Assembly (NCBI GenBank): GCA_964534375.1
Contig: CAZHPN010000007.1
Span: 66-64,065 of the forward strand
Source of the DNA: an uncultured bacterium
Lineage (GTDB): Bacteria > Lernaellota > Lernaellaia > Lernaellales > Lernaellaceae
Direction: 5' to 3'
Length of the DNA stretch: 64,000 bases
The translations under genes and the position numbers were made by a program. Below the pieces are notes generated by a model that had not been told where the DNA came from, did no database searches, and saw only the letters and a list, made by a program, of their open reading frames with translations. Below are positions 53,159 to 60,214 of the stretch, in pieces; positions within the stretch are counted from its first letter, which is position 1, and each line of letters starts with the position of its first letter.

Positions 53159-54097
53159 TTACAACCCGTGCGCGATATTGATGTTTTCCAGCCGATCCAG
53201 GGCGGATTCTTTTTCTTCCAAATGCCGCTCGAAGCGATCGATCAGTTCGCGCAGATCGGGGTCGTCGGCCAGTTGTTCCTGCAAGCGGCGGCAGGCCAGG
53301 AGCGACTCGTCGAGCAAACTGATCTCCAGTTCCACCTGGGCGATCACCGCGGCGGCCGAGATTTCCTCGGCGCTCGCGGCGAGCATTTCGCGCCGCGCGG
53401 CGGACAGCCGTTCCGTTTTGGCGCCGTCGGGCCGCGTCTTTTCCTCGCCCGCCGCCTGAAACAGGCGATCGGCCTCGGCGTCAATGACGGTTTCGATGTT
53501 TTCGAGGCCGTCCAACGCCGCGTCCGTCGCGCGCCGGACGCTCTGACGATCGAACGCCGGTTCCGGCAACTCGTCGATGATCCGCTGGATGTCGACGACA
53601 GCCGGCCGTTGCGCGAGAGCGTAGATATCCACCGTGTCGGGGTTTTCGCCGCGGGCAACGGCGCTGCGGCGCGCCGCGTCCTGTTCCTGCGCCCGTTGCA
53701 ACTGCGTTCGCAGATTGCTCATTTCAAAGTCGAATGGATCGCGCACCACCAGCCAGTCGAGCAGTTCGAGCGCGCGCCCGCGGTCGTTGGTTTTGACATA
53801 CACTTTCGCGAGCGCTTTGCGCAATTCGATGTTTTCGCCGATGACCTCGTGCACTTTTTCCAGCTCGCGGCGCGCGTCCGCCAGCTTGTTCTGGCGCAAG
53901 AACACCTTGCCGAGGGTTTCGCGGCAAGCGAGGTAACGGGGGAAAATCTCCAGCCCGACGCGGCAGACGTCGGCGGCTTCGTCGAGCAGACCGACGCGGC
54001 GCAAACCCTCGCCGAGCGGCGCGTGGACTTTCGCGTACTTATCGCGTTTGACGCGTTTGGTGAATTTGAGAATTTGGCGGATCAGTTGTTCGTCCAT
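53159..54097 (-). CDS. TPR-repeat / coiled-coil protein
   Basis: APLGEGLRRVG.LDEA..VC..GL..FP.Y......LG: TPR pattern; helical acidic C-terminus. Confidence 0.7.
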   Translation of the reverse strand: MDEQLIRQILKFTKRVKRDKYAKVHAPLGEGLRRVGLLDEAADVCRVGLEIFPRYLACRETLGKVFLRQNKLADARRELEKVHEVIGENIELRKALAKVYVKTNDRGRALELLDWLVVRDPFDFEMSNLRTQLQRAQEQDAARRSAVARGENPDTVDIYALAQRPAVVDIQRIIDELPEPAFDRQSVRRATDAALDGLENIETVIDAEADRLFQAAGEEKTRPDGAKTERLSAARREMLAASAEEISAAAVIAQVELEISLLDESLLACRRLQEQLADDPDLRELIDRFERHLEEKESALDRLENINIAHGL

Positions 54098-54133
54098 TGG
54101 CGTCTTGTCGTCAGTTACGGCCGTTCTCGGCTG

Positions 54134-54568
54134 TCAGACCTTTTTCGCGTGAATCTCGATCCGTTTCTTGAACGCTTCCAGCATTTTCGGCAAGTTGCTT
54201 TCCTGCAGCATGCGGACGACCGCGGGCGGCACCAACAGGCCGAAATCGACATCGACGGTGTAGGTCGCCTCGGTGCGGCCTTTTCCGAGATCCTCGAAAT
54301 GCCAGCCGCCGTCGTTCTTTTTGAAAAAGCCGTGCACGAGGGTCCAGTTGATGTCCGTCGGCGTTTTCCCGACGATGTCCAGCGTGTATTTGATTTCTTT
54401 GATGACCTTGATCGTGAACTCGGCGCGCACTTTGCCTTTCTCGCGGCTGAGCATCTCGACGTTCTTCAATTCCTTGACAAAAACCGGATATTTCGCGAAA
54501 TCCCAGACAATTTCGTAACACTTGTCGGGCGGAGCATCGAATACGATCGTCTTGACGGATTTAGCCAC
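54134..54568 (-). CDS. SRPBCC/START (polyketide cyclase, Coq10-like) protein
   Basis: GTG start with AGGAGG RBS; IVFDAPPDKCYEIVWDFAKYP.F; FKKNDGGW. Confidence 0.85.
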   Translation of the reverse strand: MAKSVKTIVFDAPPDKCYEIVWDFAKYPVFVKELKNVEMLSREKGKVRAEFTIKVIKEIKYTLDIVGKTPTDINWTLVHGFFKKNDGGWHFEDLGKGRTEATYTVDVDFGLLVPPAVVRMLQESNLPKMLEAFKKRIEIHAKKV

Positions 54569-54588
54569 GAAACACCTCCTCGACCAAA

Positions 54589-55626
54589 CTAATTCACCAG
54601 GGCCTTGATCGGCAGCGGGATGAACGTTCCCAAAAACACCGCCAGACAGACGACGCCGACCGCCCGGCGAGCCGGGCTCAGCGGCGTGTGCAGATCCGTC
54701 GCGGGCGGATGGTCCAGGCCGAATAAATAAACCAACAGGCCCCACACCAGCCAGACCCCGCTCGCCGAGCTTGTCTCGCTGTTGATCTGCGCGACGATCT
54801 GCAAAAGAACCAGACCGAGAAAAACGTTGAGAGCAAGTTTACGCCCCGGCGGCCGCAAACTCAAGACGAGCGACCAAATCAGCAACGCTCCGGCGCCCGC
54901 CCATTGCCACCAAGTCTCCGCGACCGGGTCGCCCAGCACGCCCCACCAGACGAGCCCAACAAACACGACCCGCGAGATGACGCGATGCGCGCGGCCGAAC
55001 ATGGCGTGCGCGATATGGCCGCCGTCAAGCTGTCCGGCGGCCAGCAAATTAAGCGACGTGACAAACAGGCCCAACCAACCGGCCATCGCGATCGGATGCA
55101 GCACGACGTCCTGCCCGGTGGGCGGTTCGCCGACGATCAAGCGGCGCAGCGCCCAAAACAACGCCGATTCGCCGAACTCCAGGGGCGACCCTTTCGACGG
55201 CAACTCGATGATATGGCTCAAGCGCAGGCCGACGATCGTCCACGCCACCGCCAGCACGAAGCCGGCCAGTGGGCCGGCCGCGCCGACGTCGAACAGTTTC
55301 GCCCGCTCGCGGATGCGGCTGCGAATGCGGATGAACGCGCCGAAGGTGCCGATCGCGAGCGGAAACGGCGGCCCGGGGATGAACAACGGCAGCGTCGCGT
55401 CCAGGCCGTAGCGGCGGCAGGCGAGAAAATGGCCCAATTCGTGCGCCAGCAAAATCGAGAGCAGTGCGGCCGGAAACGTCATCGCGTCGGCGACGTACCG
55501 AACGGAGGAGCCGCTCGGTTCGGCCATCGCCAATCCCGAAAGAAACGTGGTGAAGACGGTCGCCGCCAGCATGCCGAGGTAAAACGCCGGATGGCGATGG
55601 GCGGGTTTTCTGGTCAGTCGGGGCAA
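54589..55626 (-). CDS. Site-2 protease (M50 family)
   Basis: AHELGH, GTFGAFIR, AAGPLAG, NLLAAGQLDGGH. Confidence 0.92.
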   Translation of the reverse strand: MPRLTRKPAHRHPAFYLGMLAATVFTTFLSGLAMAEPSGSSVRYVADAMTFPAALLSILLAHELGHFLACRRYGLDATLPLFIPGPPFPLAIGTFGAFIRIRSRIRERAKLFDVGAAGPLAGFVLAVAWTIVGLRLSHIIELPSKGSPLEFGESALFWALRRLIVGEPPTGQDVVLHPIAMAGWLGLFVTSLNLLAAGQLDGGHIAHAMFGRAHRVISRVVFVGLVWWGVLGDPVAETWWQWAGAGALLIWSLVLSLRPPGRKLALNVFLGLVLLQIVAQINSETSSASGVWLVWGLLVYLFGLDHPPATDLHTPLSPARRAVGVVCLAVFLGTFIPLPIKALVN

Positions 55627-55691
55627 CGGCGCCGGGAGGTCATCGCCGTTCGGGAGGGCAGGGCCGGACGTCCAACCGGGAATTTCCTGGC

Positions 55692-56057
55692 TCAGTCCGC
55701 GTACCCTTTCTCAATCTTTTCCATTTCCTGCTTGCAGCGGATGCACAACGAGGCGACCGGTCGGGCCTTCAACCGTTTGACGCTGATTTCCTCGCCGCAC
55801 GAGTCGCAGATGCCGAACGTGCCTTCGTCGAATTTCTTCAGCGTTTTTTCGATCTTCGACAGCAGCATGGACTCGCGATCCCGCAACCGGAGGTTGATGG
55901 TTTGATCCGTTTCCGAACTGGCGACGTCGCCTTCGTCGTTGAGATCGTCGAGATTGGGATTGGTGATGTTGCCCATCGTCTTGCGGGCGTTGGCCAGGAT
56001 CCGTTCCCGGTCCGAGGCCAGCTTCCGCCGGATCTCTTCCAGATCGCGCTTTCTCAT
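55692..56057 (-). CDS. dksA: RNA polymerase-binding protein DksA
   Basis: DEGDVA (DxxDxA), FGICDSCGEEI..KRL.ARP....CIRC. Confidence 0.93.
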   Translation of the reverse strand: MRKRDLEEIRRKLASDRERILANARKTMGNITNPNLDDLNDEGDVASSETDQTINLRLRDRESMLLSKIEKTLKKFDEGTFGICDSCGEEISVKRLKARPVASLCIRCKQEMEKIEKGYAD

Positions 56058-56371
56058 CCTTCTCTACTCCTCTCGCCGCTGCGTCCCGTCGGCTCCAGCA
56101 ACTCCCGCGCCGCCGGCGGCAGAAAAACGTCGTCGAAATTGAAACGCGACAACTCCCGCGCCAACGCGGCCACGCGCTCTTTCGGCCCGAGCCGCCGATC
56201 GATGATGACCGTGTCCACGCCCCGAATCTTGCACGCGCCGCTGGTCGCTTTGATGTCGCCGGAGGCCAATTTGTCGTAGCGGACCACGACGCCCACCGCG
56301 GTCGCCGCTTGCTCCAACGCTTCGAGCAGCGCCTGTTCTTTGGCCTGCGCTGCTTCCGCCGCGTCGCTCAT
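56054..56371 (-). CDS. Small hypothetical protein coupled to dksA
   Basis: ATGA overlap with dksA; LEQAA...GVVVRY; GACKIRG..VIID. Confidence 0.7.
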   Translation of the reverse strand: MSDAAEAAQAKEQALLEALEQAATAVGVVVRYDKLASGDIKATSGACKIRGVDTVIIDRRLGPKERVAALARELSRFNFDDVFLPPAARELLEPTGRSGERSREG

Positions 56372-56432
56372 TTTGGCTTTTCCGGCATCCTGACCAGACC
56401 CCATATCGACCCCAGCACGCAACCGAAAGGGA

Positions 56433-56465
56433 AGTATAAATATACTACTCAATGACTCAATGCAA
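56433..56465 (-). promoter_or_regulatory. AT-rich putative promoter of the dksA operon with a tandem 8-mer
   Basis: Minus strand TTGAGT-16 bp-TATACT; plus strand ACTCAATG x2 (56447-56462). Confidence 0.45.
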
Positions 56466-56579
56466 GGCCGCTACGGGACAAAAAAACCCGCGCACCCACT
56501 TGATTTCCGCCCCATTTTTCGGCCCGACGCCGCTTCCTTTCGCTTGCGGGCCGGACGCCGAGCCGGCATAGTGTCGCGC

Positions 56580-58556
56580 ATGCGCCGCACCCTCGCGCCG
56601 GTCGTGCTTCTCTTGGCGATGGCGACCCTCGTCGGGGCGCAAGAACGCCTCGACTTGCTTCCCGGTCACGGCCTGCCGACCCTGCCCGCGCCGGACCGCA
56701 GCGGGTTCCGCCTCGCGGTCGGCGGCCAGACCGTCTTACACGTCGCGCCGGAGGGCGAAAACCGCGCCCGCCTCATCGAGACCAACGGTGCGGCGCGCAT
56801 CGTCGATCTGCCGCCGGCGCTGGCGCTGGCGATCGCGCGGCCGGCCGCATCGCCGGCCGGCCCGCCGCCGCGACTCGTGTCGGCGGATTTCTCGACGCTC
56901 TACGACGGCGTCACGCTCCTGCTCGCCGATCCACCGCCGGCCGTGCCGCTGCGCTGGAGCGCGACGTTGCGGCTGACCACCGACGCCGGCCACGTCGGCA
57001 ACAGCCGCGTGGCGCTCCTCCGCCGCGGCGAGCGTCCGCCGAACGCCGAACTGGATCGGCAACTCGAACGGTTGGTCGCCGCCAACCCGCTGCCGCCGCT
57101 CGCCGGCGGCGCCGCACGATTGGATGTAGTCGTCGCAGCGACGCCGGGCTTACGCCCGATGTTGAGCGTTTGGGTGAGCGAACCCTATGCGGAGGACGCC
57201 GACTGGCTCGCGCCGCTCAGTCGCGGTTGGCTGATGCAAGAACCGATCGGCTGGCCGACGGCGGTCGTCGACGCGAAATCCGCCGCCCCGGTGCGTGCCG
57301 CGTACGCCGGCGATTGGCAGGCGGCCAAGGCCGAGCTGCTCGCGCAACTCGCCGCCCCGGGCGGACGGATGCTGTTCGGAAATTGGCGTTTTGGGGCCGC
57401 CTCGACGCTCGCGGCGGCGCGGCAGGCCCTGGCCAGCGCGCCGCCGGGGAAGGCCGATCGACTCGTCTTCCTGGGGGCCTGGGCGTTGGCGCGTGAGCGG
57501 CGGTTCGCCGAGGCGCAGCAATGGATGGCGCAAATCGGCGCCGGCTCGCGCGACGCCGCGCTGGCCGCCGAGGCCCGTTGGCTGGCGCTGGCGTGGCGCC
57601 GTCGCCTGGGCGGCGATGCGCGTCTGACGCCGCGCGCTCCGGCCAACGACGCGACGCGTTTTGTCTGGCAGATTCGGCTGAACGGCGATGACGGGTCCGC
57701 CGCCGGTGATTGGCGCGCCGCCGGCGCCGCGCTACGCAAATTCGGCGCCGAACCGGCGCGCGACGACGCCGATTTCGTGCAGCGGGCGCTGGTCGCGCGC
57801 GCCGCGAGCGCGCTGGCGAACGCCGCGGCGGAACTGCCGCCGCTGGCGGCGGCGGCCCTTTTCGCCGAATGGACGAACGCGGAAACGCCGGCGGCCGACT
57901 GGGCGCTGTTCGACGCCGGCGCCGCTTTGCTCGCGGCCGGCCGGCCGACCGTCGCGCTCGAGGCGTTTCGCTGGCTGCTCGGCGAATGCCCGTTCTCGCC
58001 GTTGGCCCCGCAAGCGGCGTGGGCGGCGCAACGAGCGGCCGCCGCGGGCGACCGTGAGCTGGCCAAGGCCGCGGCGTGGCGCATCGCGGCGGATTGCGCG
58101 CCCGATTCGGACTGGCTGACGGCGCGCGACGAGGCGGAAGAAATGCCCGAATGGCAGTCGGCCGTCGCTTTGCGTGCGCCCGCCGCGGCCGAGGTTCGCC
58201 TGCGGGCGCTACGCTGGCTGCGCGACGCCGAGTTCGCGGACTACTTGACTGCCGGCGGCGGGGAGACCCTGAGCGCCGCCGAGCGCGCTGCACGTTTGCT
58301 GCTCGACGAAGCGCCCGGCCCGGAGTGGCGCCGCCTCGATTGGCTGGCCCTGGGCGACATCCTGCACACCGCCCGCCGCCTGCCGGAAGCGGCGCAAGCC
58401 TACGCCAATGTCGCGCTGGACAAATGCGACGACGAGTTGCGGCGCTCGGCGCTGCGCTCGCTCGCCGCCTCGCTGACGCCCGACGCGCGGCGCGTCGCTC
58501 TCGCCCTCGCCGGCGACGCGAGGTTCGGTCCGCTGCTGGCGCCGTTGCGGCCCTGA
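56580..58556 (+). CDS. Exported Ala-rich TPR-like protein
   Basis: Signal peptide MRRTLAPVVLLLAMATLVGA; helical repeats (ALEAFRWLL..CP.SPLA; LGDIL...RLPEAAQAY). Confidence 0.65.
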   Translation: MRRTLAPVVLLLAMATLVGAQERLDLLPGHGLPTLPAPDRSGFRLAVGGQTVLHVAPEGENRARLIETNGAARIVDLPPALALAIARPAASPAGPPPRLVSADFSTLYDGVTLLLADPPPAVPLRWSATLRLTTDAGHVGNSRVALLRRGERPPNAELDRQLERLVAANPLPPLAGGAARLDVVVAATPGLRPMLSVWVSEPYAEDADWLAPLSRGWLMQEPIGWPTAVVDAKSAAPVRAAYAGDWQAAKAELLAQLAAPGGRMLFGNWRFGAASTLAAARQALASAPPGKADRLVFLGAWALARERRFAEAQQWMAQIGAGSRDAALAAEARWLALAWRRRLGGDARLTPRAPANDATRFVWQIRLNGDDGSAAGDWRAAGAALRKFGAEPARDDADFVQRALVARAASALANAAAELPPLAAAALFAEWTNAETPAADWALFDAGAALLAAGRPTVALEAFRWLLGECPFSPLAPQAAWAAQRAAAAGDRELAKAAAWRIAADCAPDSDWLTARDEAEEMPEWQSAVALRAPAAAEVRLRALRWLRDAEFADYLTAGGGETLSAAERAARLLLDEAPGPEWRRLDWLALGDILHTARRLPEAAQAYANVALDKCDDELRRSALRSLAASLTPDARRVALALAGDARFGPLLAPLRP

Positions 58557-58560
58557 CGAC

Positions 58561-58630
58561 ATTGCGGATTGCGGATTGCGGACTGCCGATTGCCGAAATT
58601 CTCGGCGTCCTCTGCGTCCTCGGCGGTTAA
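58561..58630. repeat. Composite element: 7-mer array plus 9-mer array between convergent genes
   Basis: ATTGCGG x3, ACTGCCG, ATTGCCG; then CTCGGCGTC CTCTGCGTC CTCGGCGGT TAA. Confidence 0.9.
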
Positions 58631-58677
58631 ATTACCATTGCTGGAAATGCCGAAATCACTGTTCTTCGCGGTTCAAT

Positions 58678-60015
58678 TTAGCGCAGGGCGATCCGCCGGA
58701 AGAACTTGTCGATCGAATACGCCACGAACAGCCAGGCGTCGCGCAGATCGAGCATAGGATTGGGCATGCGGAAATGGCGCGGAATGACGGTGAACAGTTG
58801 TTTGGCGCCGATCGGGCAGCCCTTGGCGCGAACGATTTTGCGCGCGCGCACGGCCCCTTCGACGCGCGTGCAATCGCCGACCAGCAACGCGACGCCGTCG
58901 CCCGCATCCACGTCGCCCCGATAGACGCCGGTGACAATCGCGCCGCCGCGCGCCGCGGCGACCGACCCGGGCCGGCGCTTGTCGATCGTGCCGAGCGCGC
59001 CCTTGACGGCGGCCAGACAGCCGCCGTGGCACAAACGGCCGCGCGTCGGGTCCGTGCCGCAATAAAAGCGAATCGGCGTTTTGACCTTATGGATATCCTG
59101 ATATTCACTTTCGATGCCGCGCGTCGCGGCGCGCAATTCGTCGAGCGCGACGTCGCCCTCGACCCGCACGGCGTCGACGTTCGGCGGACCGTAGCCGCGC
59201 TCCAACGCCAGCGCCAGGTGGCGGCACTCGTGCGGTTCGAAGCCGAGGATACGGCAGGCGACGATGTCCATCGCCACCGGGTCGTCGGCGACGAGCACGA
59301 CACCGAGATGAAACGGCCGCGGGGCCGATTCGAAGCCCGTACCGATCTCGATCGCGTCGGCGACGACGGCGTCCGGATATCCGGCTTCCAGAAGATCGAC
59401 GATCTTTTCGTCGAGCCGGTCGTCGTGGAACAGCATCCGCTCGGCGTGGGTCAGGATGCCGACATTCAGCTTGAGCGCGCAGGTGATCGTGCAGCAGATA
59501 TGATATTTGAGTTTCGGCGCCCACAAGTAGAAATCCGCGTCGTGCAGGCTGCGCGCCAGGCGCAGCGCGCGATGGTGGACGCCGCGCGCCAGCGGGATCT
59601 CGACTGTCGGTTCGAGGTTGAAATCGACCAGTTCCGCGCCGGGGAAGCGGCGCGGATCGTAGCCGGCCTCGCGGAAAAACAGGCGCGACGGAATGCCGAA
59701 ACCGCCGGATTCGCCGATTGTTACGCGTTCAGCGCCGCGGTCGCGGCTCCAGTTCACCGCCGCGGCGACGACCCGCGGGTCGGTGAAAGAATGGTGGATG
59801 TAGCGCCGGTTGGCCGTGACGATATTCGGCTTGATGAGCGTTTTTGCCCCGACGCGCAGGCCCAGCTCGTCGAGGCTTTCCGCGATGACGCCGCGCAGGC
59901 GGTCGTCGTCGGGCGTCGCACACCGGCGGATGATCACCCGGCATTGGCGGCGCCGCTGCAACCGCGCGGCCGCGCGTTGCGCGTAACCCGAGTTTTCGGA
60001 AGAAGAAAAGCCCAT
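58678..60015 (-). CDS. DUF362 family protein (Fe-S related)
   Basis: GGGAGG RBS; LIKPNIV, TDPRVV, IGES, PKLKYH..C.IT.ALK..VG, DPVAMD; C-terminal C..GC, GDC, GCP. Confidence 0.85.
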   Translation of the reverse strand: MGFSSSENSGYAQRAAARLQRRRQCRVIIRRCATPDDDRLRGVIAESLDELGLRVGAKTLIKPNIVTANRRYIHHSFTDPRVVAAAVNWSRDRGAERVTIGESGGFGIPSRLFFREAGYDPRRFPGAELVDFNLEPTVEIPLARGVHHRALRLARSLHDADFYLWAPKLKYHICCTITCALKLNVGILTHAERMLFHDDRLDEKIVDLLEAGYPDAVVADAIEIGTGFESAPRPFHLGVVLVADDPVAMDIVACRILGFEPHECRHLALALERGYGPPNVDAVRVEGDVALDELRAATRGIESEYQDIHKVKTPIRFYCGTDPTRGRLCHGGCLAAVKGALGTIDKRRPGSVAAARGGAIVTGVYRGDVDAGDGVALLVGDCTRVEGAVRARKIVRAKGCPIGAKQLFTVIPRHFRMPNPMLDLRDAWLFVAYSIDKFFRRIALR

Positions 60016-60145
60016 CGCCAGCCTCCCTTGGCCAGTCTATCGCGAAAGAATGCCGTTCGAAAAGCCGGCGAAACCCATAGGAACGCGCCTGCCGATTCGC
60101 GCCCGGATTCTCCCACGCGAGACCGGCGACGCTGGATCGCCGGTC

Positions 60146-60173
60146 TTGACATTGGCGCCCTCCATAGGATTAT
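60146..60173 (+). promoter_or_regulatory. Putative sigma70 promoter of the Cys-rich lipoprotein
   Basis: TTGACA-16 bp-GATTAT; GAGGAGG before ATG 60215. Confidence 0.45.
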
Positions 60174-60214
60174 GTGTCTAGTTCCAACCTGTTCGGCCAA
60201 TAGAGGAGGATGAC

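Noticed and set aside
54134-54568. SRPBCC protein as RatA/PasT toxin
   Set aside because: No RatB/RnfH partner or smpB context; a generic START/Coq10-like call is safer.
51662-54592. Very long alternative-frame ORFs (976 aa here; also 43518-46172, 25417-27525, 16182-18131, 2970-4961, 60236-62230)
   Set aside because: They lie antisense to or overlap genes with clear family motifs, are Arg/Ala/Gly-rich with no motifs, and are expected shadows in high-GC DNA.
13273-58630. Short repeat arrays as CRISPR
   Set aside because: Units are 7-10 bp and contiguous with no unique spacers; no cas genes are present.
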